From Octopus sinensis (Eukaryota), in assembly GCF_006345805.1 (NCBI RefSeq), contig NC_043013.1, forward strand, positions 52,328,001-52,392,000: a DNA stretch of 64,000 nucleotides, read 5' to 3'. Under the pieces are notes generated by a model, which ran no database searches, was not told where the DNA came from, and worked only from the letters and a program-made list of their open reading frames with translations. A program made the position numbers and the translations under genes. This document shows, piece after piece, positions 53,148 through 64,000 of this stretch. Numbering within the stretch: position 1 is the stretch's first letter; each line of letters begins with the position of its first letter.

Positions 53148-54142
53148 ATATATATATTTGTATATATATGTATATATATATATTTGTATATATATATATA
53201 TGTATATATGTATGTATGTATGTATTATGTATGTGTTTGTGTGTCTGGGTTTGTTCTCCCACCATCACTTGACAATTGATGTTGGTGTGTTTACGTTTCT
53301 GTAACTTAGCAGTTCGGCAAAAGAGACCAATAGAATAAGTACTAGGCTTACAAAGAATAAGTAGTGGAGTCGACAAAAGGCAGTGCTCCACCATGACCGC
53401 AGTCAAATGACTGAAACAAGTAAAAGAATAAAAGAATAAAAGTATATATATATAAAGTAACGATTATTTGCCAACCTAATGCGGCAGTCCCGTTTGGGGC
53501 GAATGCTACTGTTGTTTAGCCCCAGGAGACAGCGTCTCCAGCTAGCTATACGATACACGATCTGTGTCCTTATATTTTCGAACAGGGAAGGTTAGCACCC
53601 TCACACAGCACAGAGCAGTATCTGTGGACCGTGCGGTTTCAGGGTTATTCCTCTTCGTCACACAGAATAACTCTTTGGTTGAGATGGCACTGCTAAACAC
53701 CCATTCGAAAATATAGATAATTTCCTAAGTGATTCGCAGTCACTGATTGAATAAATAGAAACATCGTTGTTCCTAAATTTTTCAACGAGAGATATTCAGT
53801 AGCAGCACTTTGAAGTAACGATTATTTGCCAACCTAATGTGGGGGTGCTAACCTCCCCTGTTCGAAAATATAAGGACACAAATCGTGTGTCGTATAGCCA
53901 GCTGGTGTTCGCTTCCATTTTGGAAAATAGGCTTTTGGAGACTGTTTTCCAAAAGGGAGCGAACACCTTTCTCCATGTGATCGGCTTGAAAATTGTTAAG
54001 ACACTAGGATATTTTCCTACTTTTCTTAACATGAAACCAATGGTAGCCTTAATTCACAAATAAAGAAATTATATATCCACCAATGCGTTGTTGAGCACTC
54101 ATTTCAGCGTTTGACATTTACGTATATATATACACGCGCGCG

Positions 54143-54187
<45 letters not shown>

Positions 54188-54803
54188 CTGTAATTTGGTA
54201 TTGTAGAAAACAACAATGCATTTACTGATGAGATTAAAATTTATTGATTATATTGAATAGACTGGGATTTTAAATCTCGCCTTTAATGACTTTGCAATCA
54301 TTTAAATAGTCAAAGCAATTAAATTATAGAACTGAGAAGTAAGGTATATACATATATTCTAGCTCACATGTGAGCATAAATATAAATTTCATTGCGCGAA
54401 GCTAGCCACGTAAAGATGGTATGAGCTATTTACGTTATAAATACTTCTCATAGTGCATACATATCCCGAAAGACTCTGATCTATGTCGAAACAGGAATAA
54501 TCGTTTAGCGGGGTTTTTTTAGTATTAGCTTTTCTCTATTGAATAAATATTTGATATTTTTGTTCCAGCATGTATTTGATTCTCTCAATAATCTTCTATC
54601 TGAGGTTGTAGCTGGAATTTATTCATATTTAGATCGAGCTGGATTTTGTTACAATAATCTTTTCGATGTAACTAAATGAAACTTATGCTTGTAAATTATA
54701 CTTAAACTTCTTTTAGTAAGTTAGTTAGTTAGTTAGTTAATTTGGCTCAAAAGCAAATAGCAAGGCCATGTAGGGGGACATGGAGTTAAGTACAGGGTGG
54801 TGT

Positions 54804-57679
54804 TCATGTAAAGAGTTCAGGCCACTTGAGGTCCAGGGAGGCTTTGAACAAAGCGGTCGTCGGCATCTTCACCATCTCGTCTGGCAGCTTGTTCCACGGA
54901 TCCGCAACCCGGACGGAGAAAGCTCCTCTCCTTCGATTGAGATGAAATCGTCGCAGGTAGAGCTTTTCGGAATGACCCCGCAGCCGACGCTCCGGAGCAG
55001 GAGTGAAGAACAGCTCTTTCGAGAGGTTACACTTCCCGCTTATGATGTTGTGGGCGAGAATGAGATCACCACGGCGGCGGCGTTTTTCAAGAGAATAAAG
55101 GTCGAGCGTCCTCAGCCTTTCTTCGTAGGACAAATTTTTGAGACCATGAACCATGCGGGTAGCCAGCCTCTGGACTCTTTCGAGATGCTGTATGTCTTTG
55201 AGGAGATAAGGAGAAGAGGCTTGAATCCCATACTCCAATATGGGTCTCACCAGCGTGACATAGAGTGGCAGGAATATGGCTGCTGTGAGCATTCCGAATG
55301 ACCGTCGAATCAAAAACAGAATTCCGCGCGCTTTGTTGGCAGCATGGACGCACTGGGCCGAAGGCGAAAAGGAGGAATCCACCAAGATACCCAGGTCCTT
55401 TACCTGATCGGTCCTCTCCAGCAGCAGACGACCCGGCTCGAAATCAAGTTGAGTTGCAGGAGTAGAGCCGACAGGCAGATGACAGCACTTTGACACGTTC
55501 AGACACAGGTCCCAATCGTTAGACCACTTCCAAATTTGGTGGAGGCATCGACGAAGATCCTCTATACTACCGCGAGGAGCGACCAGTTTGATATCGTCGG
55601 CAAATAGAAGGGTGTGTTGCGTGAGGTCGTCGGGCAAGTCATTTATGAAGACTAAGAACAACAAGGGCCCAAGCACTGAACCTTGAGGCACGCCACTGCT
55701 CGCACTGGAGACGTCGGACCGCGAACCATTAACTTGAACTTGGAAGGAGCGATCTGAGAGGAAGGCACCAACCCATCGTACAATATCCGGATGGAAACTA
55801 TATGCTTGAAGCTTGACAAGTAGTAGGCGGTGGTTTACCGAGTCAAAAGCTTTGGCAAAGTCCAATAAAACGATGTCAACAGCATCACTATCATCGAGGA
55901 TGCGCGTCACCAATTCTTCCATTACTAGTAAGTTGGTCAAGCATGATCTCTTCGGCACGAAGCCGTGTTGGGAATCAGTGATCGAGGCTGTGTTTAGGAG
56001 GTGGAGCATCATACTTTTCTTAAGGATGGTTTCGAACATCTTGCTGATTATTGATGTAAGGGAAACCGGTCGGTAGTTAAGCGGGTCTTCGCGGCTCCCT
56101 TTCTTGAAAATTGGGCAGATTATCGCTGTTCTCCAGTCTGCAGGTATAACACCCGTCGCCAATGACATATTGAATAGTCGTGTTAAGGGCTCGCAGATGA
56201 CCGGAGCCAACGCTTTGATAACCCGTGGGTGTATGCCGTCAGGGCCGTGACCCTTGTTGACATCGAGGCCTTGAATAACACGTTTGACTTCGTCCCGCGT
56301 GATGATCAATCGAAGCATTGGAGGTACCGATCTATCAAATGGAGGGGGTTCACGACCATCATCTTGTTTGAAAATAGTTGAAAAAGCCTCGGCAAATAAT
56401 TGACTCTGTTGATAAGGGTCCTCAATCGATACGCCTGTTGAGTCTACCAACGTTGCAATCTGGTTGTTCAAGCGGGAATTCCGCTGGACATGGGCAAAGA
56501 AGGTTTTTGGATTGCTACTGGCATTTGCCGCGATTTTGTATTCATAACTGAAGCGTTCTTTCTTTTCAATTTTCACGGCTCGGTCTCGTTGAGTTTTGTA
56601 CACCTCAAAAGCTGCAGTCGAATCCAGATTTTTGAATTCAGCCCAAGCAATATCTCTGAGTCGACGTTCTCGTTTAACCTTCTTCGTCACCCAGGGCTTG
56701 TGTTTCTTCCTCTTGGGAAGCCCAACGGGAACTGCCTGGTCAGTCAAACAGATTACATATGCTTTGAGGGATGACCATAGTTCGTCAACTGAGGACAACG
56801 TCATCAGGGATCGCCAGTCCAGAAGCGCGGAAGCCTCGGTTAGAATTTCAAGATTAATTGCAGAGAAGACTCTACGTGGCAGCGAAGTAATCGTGGGCGT
56901 GGAAAAAGTTGTGTGCATGACGAACTTCAGGACCGCATGATCACTCTTGGCAAGAGGGGCGCACACAGATACGTCTGACACTGATCTTGGATAGCGGGAG
57001 AATACCAGATCTAGCATAGATGGCTGCTGCCCAGACCGATGCCTTGTCGGATATTCAACATGTTGCGATAGAAAACAATCTTCAGCCACGTCAAGAAGGG
57101 CCTGGCCGAACCGGGAAGATGTTGTACAAATTGATGCGGGCCAATCGATCGTGGGAGCGTTGAAGTCGCCTAGTACCAAGCAGTCATGCGAAGCTGAAAC
57201 GAATCTTATCGCTTCGAGTAGATGAGCATCGTCCTGGGGGTCGGCTAGAGGCGGCCTGTAGACAGCCAAACGGGCAGGCAAAACTCAGATAGGCTCAGCT
57301 TGCAATAGACGGCATCGAATTTGGTTGTAGGTTGAGCATTTGTGGGTAGAATACCGCAGGACGGTTTGTGCTCAGACTTAACATACACAGCAACACCTCC
57401 ACCTCGCCTTTTTCCTCTGTCACATCTGAAAAGGACGTAGCCCTGCAGGTGGATTTCTGAGTCCTTTACTGCTGGAGTCAGCCAAGTCTCGGTGATAGCT
57501 ATCACATCAGGGGAGTCACGTATGGCCAGTGTAAATAGTTCACTGAACTTTGGGAATAAGGAGCACGAGTTGGTGTAGACGATGCTGAGCTGTGAAGTCT
57601 GAGGGGCGGGAGTTGGGGAACAAGCAGAATAAAGGGCATCGTTGACGGGGGTATCAACTTCACTTCGATTTGCCCTCAC
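54804..57679 (-). pseudogene. LINE ORF2 (AP endonuclease and reverse transcriptase) with one frameshift near 57275-57285
   Basis: APE motifs: YTNSCSL..K, IAITETWL, RGGGVAVYV, AVYRPP, LVLGDFNAP, LDLVFS, SDHAV. RT motifs: NYRPVSLTS, QHGF, DFAKAFDSV, SGVPQGSVLGPLLFLVFIND, LFADD. C-terminus RRRRGDLI..LRGH..WNKLP. Confidence 0.92.
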
Positions 57680-58512
57680 ATCACTTTCCCTGTCAGCACT
57701 ACAGCATGGGACCAGAGGTAGGACTTGATTATCTGTCCATCTTGGATTCGTAAACCCTTCTCTCCCATTTGTTTCCTCATCTTTAGCTCGGATATCAGGT
57801 TCCTCCGGCGAATTCTCTCTCTTAGTGAGTATTCCTCGCGAAAACCCATATTGGGGTCCTCCCAGGCATGCGTCTGAGCTCTGTTCAGAAAGACTGAAGC
57901 CTCCCGATCAGAAGAAAAGATTACCCTTATTGGGCGTGGTCTAGTATCTGCGGTTGGGTTCGCTTGGAATCTTCCTAGCCGAGCGACCTTAAGAACACTG
58001 ACATTTTCGTTCACAGAGAACAATTCTCCAACCAAAATGGAAACAAAATTAATGTCATCTTTTAGGCGGTTTATGCCTGTATCACAGGTGGATTCAGCTT
58101 TGCCATATATTATTGCCGATCTTGAGTGGGCAAAAAGTTCTCTACAATGAGCTGCGGTATTCGATTCTTCATTGGAGGATTTCGAAAGGGTGGTTTCATA
58201 GCCATCGGACTTATGTCGGCCTGTGGGGTCGATCGAAATGGATTTAGTGGTCATAATTTTCCCGCCTGGTTTGGAACTGCACTGCCTCTTCTTCTGTTTG
58301 GGGGAGCACCACTCCCCAGATGAACTCACATCGAGATCGTTCAGAATTGGTTGAGCAATGGCATTAATGGGAAGGACAAGTGAAGGAGAATCCAAACAGA
58401 TTTTATCGTGATCAGGTTTCATAGCCAAATCTTCCCCTCTGGAGTTTTGACTACGTTTCTTCTTTTGGGGAGAACAACGGTCTTCAGGTGGGTTTGAGTC
58501 TACGCTCCTCAA
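57676..58512 (-). CDS. LINE ORF1 protein (~278 aa)
   Basis: AIIYGKAES, V..V.RLGR..RPRPIRVIF, and ER.RRR.L..ELK.R...GEK.L.I C-terminus are typical of CR1/L2-type ORF1. The true start is uncertain. Confidence 0.75.
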   Translation of the reverse strand: MRSVDSNPPEDRCSPQKKKRSQNSRGEDLAMKPDHDKICLDSPSLVLPINAIAQPILNDLDVSSSGEWCSPKQKKRQCSSKPGGKIMTTKSISIDPTGRHKSDGYETTLSKSSNEESNTAAHCRELFAHSRSAIIYGKAESTCDTGINRLKDDINFVSILVGELFSVNENVSVLKVARLGRFQANPTADTRPRPIRVIFSSDREASVFLNRAQTHAWEDPNMGFREEYSLRERIRRRNLISELKMRKQMGEKGLRIQDGQIIKSYLWSHAVVLTGKVM

Positions 58513-60144
58513 ATTAGGTTGGGGAACCTCCGGGACCGAAAAGGCAGATGAGGAAGAATCCGCACGGGAACGATCATGTGCAGAAACGACCGCCGGTTCC
58601 CTCGCCTTCTTTGGCCGCTTCGATTTTGTTCCCTTCGGTTTGGACGTCTCCAGGGAGAAAAATCAAGGGTGACTCTGCGTCAACAGGAGACTGTTTATTC
58701 AGTAAGAGAGCAACAACACTTTAGGTGCTCAACCTCTTGTTTGAGCAACAGCAACTGCTCGTTGAGATGACTATTGGTAGGACCATCATCTTGATGAGAA
58801 GCCCTACTTGCAGATCTCAGTTTCGATGCGTAGGTAGCTGACATGATGGATGGTTGACTAAAAACAATCTTCTATGGGCTCTAGGACAAATCGGGGTTAA
58901 ATCAGGAACAAAAAAACAGGTGCAATCCTTGTAGGAGTAGGCAACAGCAGACAAAATCTGAGAGAGTTTGGGCTGAGCCGAATCACAATCCAAGATTGAA
59001 AGCAGACGGTGCAACGAGTCGGGAACCCTTCCTAATTGTCTGAAGCAGCTTTAGGATAAGGGATAGTATGTCCAAACTTTAGAATATTGATATGCATGTA
59101 ACATGTTCCACACGATTAAATATCATTTGACGTGCCATTTAGTACTTCAATAATTGCATCTGCGCGTGTTTGTACATGTGTGAATACTGTGTTTATGTGC
59201 GAGAAGGCACATGTTTTTGTCTATTGTTAAATTAGATTATTAATTTTTCTTTTTTTTTCTCACGTTTTTCCCTTTTAAAGTATTTCTTTTAGTCATGCTT
59301 ATGTAATGTTTACGCACCGCAACGTAGTTTGGTCTTGTAGCGGTAATCATTGCTTCATAAATTAAGCCTGTTGCATTAAAAAACATATTTAGTGGGCATA
59401 TGTTTGTACTTATCCATGAACACGGGACCTCAGTTTTTTCTGATGAAACGAAGAACGTGTGACGTTATATTGTCATGCTTGTGGTACAACTGTAGTTTAA
59501 TTTAAGACTGCGCCTATTGAAACCCATTCTGTATGCTGCATCATTGGGACCTGTTCATCCATTAAGAGGAGACAAGGTTTGCGATATTTGATTTGACATT
59601 AAGGAGAAAGGAGCTGAGTGTGAGCGATATACTATTATGGCGGTTTTTCTTAGTTTGAGGAGGGTGGAAGTTTGATACGCAATAGGCAGGTCGTTCTACC
59701 CTTGAATCTACAAGCTATTCAAACATTACTGTTATTATTACTAGCAGCATCGCTCGGCATTGCTCGGGTTTGTTTCGACCCTTTAGAATTGGAATTTTTG
59801 AAAAGTAAATATTTTGCATTATGTAGCTTGTTATTCTCTTTAAGTGAACTTTTTTCTGGTTGAAATACACCGAAAAATGACGACACAGCCGTCAAAAAAT
59901 CGTAAAATATAGGGATTTTCATAGAAAAAAAGCATCTTTTTGATGTAAATAATTTTTGGTGTTAACATGGTCCGATTTGGATTTTTTCTTCTACGGAAGG
60001 AAGAGCAAGCCTTCTTCTATCATACTCTCAATTTTGGTCAACTTGCGCCGCAGGGTCTCGGAGGATATAGTGTTAGTTGAAGGCTACCAAACCTGCCATA
60101 CACTGACAACTTCAGCTTTATATATAGAGAGATTATTATTATTA

Positions 60145-60187
<43 letters not shown>

Positions 60188-61759
60188 GTTATTGTTGTTG
60201 TTGTTGTTGTTGTTGTTGTGTTTTTGTTGTTGGAGGGTCCTTATAGAAAATTATAGAAATTCTTCTACTGATCCTACGGACGATATTCTTAAAGTCTATG
60301 AGGTTGGGTGGTAGTGAGGGCAGGATTCTACGTGCATGAAGCGAATGTGCCAATAAGCTTTCTAAATGGCTTATATAAGTTCGTAGTTAAATGTAGGGTA
60401 ACGTCAACGAAAGAAACTGTAGTTAGTTTTATATGCCTCTTTGTGTGTGCATGCGCGTGTGTATGCATATACATTTAATTCTTATGTGTTATAGTGAGCC
60501 TGTGTAAACTTTAAAGTGTTCAATACGCACTTGCGGTCGAGTGTTTAAAGTCCTTTATACGTGGGTGTATGTCAGTTCTTGATTAACGCTTTAAAAGGTT
60601 TCACATAGTTTCCTGTGTAGATGTTGACGATCCTCGGTTGATGTTATGTACGTGGTGAAGAATTCAGTTATAGTAGCGTTTTAATTTAGTCTTTACTCCA
60701 AGGCAGTAAGCTGGGAGAATCGTTAACAGGCCGGACAAAATGCTTAGCGGCATTTCGTCCGTCTTCACGCTCTGAGTTCAAATCTCGCCGAGGTCGACTT
60801 TGCTTTTTATCATTTCAGGGTCGATGTTAATTGATTTACCCCTTCCCCAAACTGGCTGGCTGGCCTCGTAACAAAATTTAGAACCATTTTAGTCTTTACC
60901 CCCAGAATCTCCATGCTGTAGCAGACAGCAGGAGACCTAAAATATTTCTGAACAAAATATTCATATTTTAAGCTGTAGGTATTTTAAGCAAATCGATAGA
61001 AACTGAAGTAAGGTGAAATACATTCGATTTTCACTCGATTTTCGGAGAGATTAAATGGCTGACGATAAGAAAATGATACCGATTAAGGGGTATTATCTAT
61101 AAAGTTGGGTAATTTGAATATAAAGCGTAAATAGAGATATTATTGTGTAAAAACCCAAACAATACCGCTGGCGAAGCATTAAGAGACATTGTTTGATATT
61201 TCGATCACAAAATGCTTCTAATCATGACCACAATATTACAAGGAAATGATTTGTTGAGAGGCAACAAGACCAAACGAATAATATTTGACATCTAACTATG
61301 ATAAACATTTGTTTAAATCAAACAATGAATGCCAGGCAGTTTATGTTGAGTTTTAAACTAAAAGTTAAAGGTATTTTCTGAAGATCACTTCACTTATCAT
61401 TGTTATTGCTTTTACTGTTTTTTTTTTATTGTTGCAGAGCTACGTTGGAAGGCGTTGAAAGCGTGGCCTTTCAGTTGTGGGTCTAGTTTGCACCTCTCTA
61501 TTTTCATGATGGTAAAGTGTCACTTGAAGGGAGCTTATGCTACTATTTCTAGCAGGCTAAGCGTCCACAAAGAGGCATCTCTTTAGCTGGCTAATTGTTT
61601 GGTTGTCGGCATTTCCGACAGCAATCCTGGTGAAGACTATGAGTTACCTTTTAAGATAATTGTTTGCGTACATCATCTGAAACTAGACGAATCTCATAAC
61701 GAAGGTACCTTTTGTATTCCTTCATTGCCTGGCGTTAGTTCTTGATGTATGCTTTTCTT

Positions 61760-61797
<38 letters not shown>

Positions 61798-62407
61798 TGA
61801 GAGAGAGAGTGTGAGAGAGAGAGTAAGAGAGTAAGAGAGACGGAGCGAGAGAGAGTTAAAAAGACAAACTTTGGGCCTCCATTGACTTATATGTTTAAGA
61901 AGAAAATTCCTTTCTCAACTTGTTTCACTGATTGGACTGCGGCCATACTGGGGCACCGACTTGAAGGATTTAGTCGAATGAATTGACCCCAGAACTCGCA
62001 TTTTTTTAAAAGTATCGTACTTATTCTATCGATATCTTTTGCTAAACTGCTAGGTTAATGGGACGTAAACAAACCAACACCAGTTGTCAAGCAGTGAGGA
62101 TGGCATGCACAAACCACAAAGACACACACACATGCACATACACACACATATATACGACGGGATTCAACAGAGTTTCCGTCAGGAATATTTACCCGCAAAG
62201 TTTTGGCCCGGAGTTGTCATAGAAAACCCTCGACCAACAGTGGGACTGAACCGAAAACCCCGTAGCTGTAAAACGAGCCGCTTAACCACACATCCATACC
62301 TTCGCATATTTCCAGTTTTTCTTCTAAAGAAGTATTACGCGATACAACACCGACCGCGTGAATTGATGGAATCCGTACCAGAACCTGACTCCAAAGTGTT
62401 TCTTATA

Positions 62408-62623
62408 CGCAGGGCTGCTGTAAAGTTCCTGGCTTTGAGTAAAAGAAAATACAAGAGGACCAGTTAATTATGATTTATTCAACATATTCCCCTCTCAGAT
62501 TCACACATTTATTGCAGCGGTCCTTAAGTTTTTCTAAGCCCTGTAAAAGAATTCTGAAAGTTGAGCTCCCAGCCAAGGCTTTCGCAATACCCTTGAAGCC
62601 AGGAACTTTTCAGCAGCCCCTCG
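62408..62623. mobile_element. Mariner-derived MITE
   Basis: TIR CGCAGGGCTGCTGTAAAGTTCCTGGCTT / AAGCCAGGAACTTTTCAGCAGCCCCTCG with TA flanks. Confidence 0.8.
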
Positions 62624-63007
62624 TATTCTTAAAATCATGGAATTAATTGTCGTGTTGTCATAAAGCAAGAAGCTAGAATTCTCTGCGATTCTTTTCGAAT
62701 GGTTGTGATGGAACAATTAAAGATTTAAATTAACTTTTGAATGGCGAAACTGATGGCCACTCGTTTCTTTTGAGATAGAGTTGATTGAGAAGGGAGACTC
62801 TAAATTGGGGATTCTCAACCGGTCCACACCGACCCTTGGGGATCCACATGACCTCTGGGGGTCCGTATTACCTTTGGGAGTCCATATAAGATTTTGTTAT
62901 TAAAATTTATGTGCAATATTTCTTCAATTCACGAAATATATTATTTTTTAAAATGCAATTCTTATTTGAAATTTAATTATAAAGATACAGAAAGATTTTT
63001 TTCTACA

Positions 63008-63280
63008 TACAGTAATACCTTACTTTGCGAGGACTCGTTTTACGAGACCCTGGGTTTACGAGTTTTATCTTATAACGAATATAAGAACAGCCATTTTGTG
63101 TGTGGCAACGTCGCAACATGTGACAACACTAGTTCTGACGTGTCTACACAGCAATGAAGCCAGATGACGGCATACAATTTCATTGCTACTATGGGGAAAG
63201 TATTGCTCTGCTTTATGAGTTTTCGCTTTACGAGCGGTCTCCGGGAACAAATTAACTTTTATATCGAGGCATTGCTATAC
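63008..63280. mobile_element. Decayed Tigger-like MITE
   Basis: TACAGTAATACCT...TTTACGAG repeats ...CGAGGCATTGCTATA terminal pattern. Confidence 0.45.
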
Positions 63281-64000
63281 ATCGAATGGCTATGGAGGTC
63301 CAGTAGAGTAGAATAGGAACGAAAGGGGTCAATAGGTTAAAAAAGGTAAAAAAAATGGTTCCGAACAACTGCTCTAATACGTCGCTCGACGTGGTGGAAA
63401 TAGCAGCCGAAATCTCCCTGAAATCACACCCTACCGTCTTAAACAAGGAAGAGGTACGCTTAAATCTATCGAAACAGACGAGATGGTCTTTGGACGAATG
63501 ATTTGATCAAAAGTAGGGGAATCATCGTTGACCTTTGGTTAAACAGCAACAACGATAGTAACAACAACAACAACAACAACAACATGAATACGACTGAACA
63601 TAATTTGATCTTAGACTCGTTTACAAAGGAATACATTTCTAAGAACGAGATTTTCTTTCTTTCTTTCTTCCTTCCATTCTCTCTCTTTAATTTTCTTCCG
63701 ACTCTTATAATTTATGTATGTATGTATGTATGTATCTATCTATATATCTATCCGCCTGTCTGTCTATCTATCTATCTATCTATCTAATCACTTCGCTATT
63801 TCTTTCAACTCATTCTCCTTTTCTTTCATTGTCTCCCTTTTCCACACTCACCCCCTCTCTATTTCTCTCTCTCTCACCTTCTCCCACCACTCCTCTCCTC
63901 TGCCTTCCCCCCTTGTTTCATTTAAACATCATTACACGGAACGAAGTAATAAATACATATGAAGTATTCATTAGCAGAAAGAAGAGCGGGGTAGGAGGGG

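Larger units (their letters stand above)
54717..59060 (-). mobile_element. Near-full-length CR1-type LINE (5' UTR, ORF1, ORF2 APE-RT, (TAAC)n tail)
   Basis: Short 3' UTR ending in (TAAC)n at 54717-54740. ORF1 and ORF2 are described below. The 5' boundary is inferred from the return to AT-rich DNA near 59060. Confidence 0.93.

Noticed and set aside
54780-56940. Plus-strand ORFs (54780-55301, 55813-56076, 56490-56940)
   Set aside because: Antisense shadows of the LINE ORF2.

Overview
AT-rich, microsatellite- and SINE-dense eukaryotic DNA. The repeat families look like those of octopus (cephalopod) genomes; this is inferred from recognition, not from a search. Host genes: (1) the last three coding exons of a doublecortin-like kinase (DCLK3-like, + strand, 1513-4034; the 5' part lies outside the window); (2) a complete three-exon NUDT19-like peroxisomal acyl-CoA diphosphatase (+ strand, 13376-22665, 405 aa, C-terminal PTS1 -SRL). 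The dominant structure is a large inverted segmental duplication, with left arm ~527-11200 and right arm ~20140-27228. It brackets a ~9 kb core holding the NUDT19 upstream region and exons 1-2. Each arm carries an intact, splice-competent NUDT19 terminal exon, and the right arm also carries an antisense, exon-deleted copy of the DCLK3 3' end. I found no supported host gene in 27.3-64 kb. That region holds many hairpin/MITE elements, relics of hAT, Ginger/Gypsy-type integrase and Tx1/L1 elements, full-length decayed pogo and mariner transposons, and a near-intact CR1-type LINE (- strand). The LINE's AUG-less ORF2 overlaps ORF1 at a correctly phased G GGU UUU slippery heptamer. All comparisons were made by eye, so repeat boundaries are approximate.
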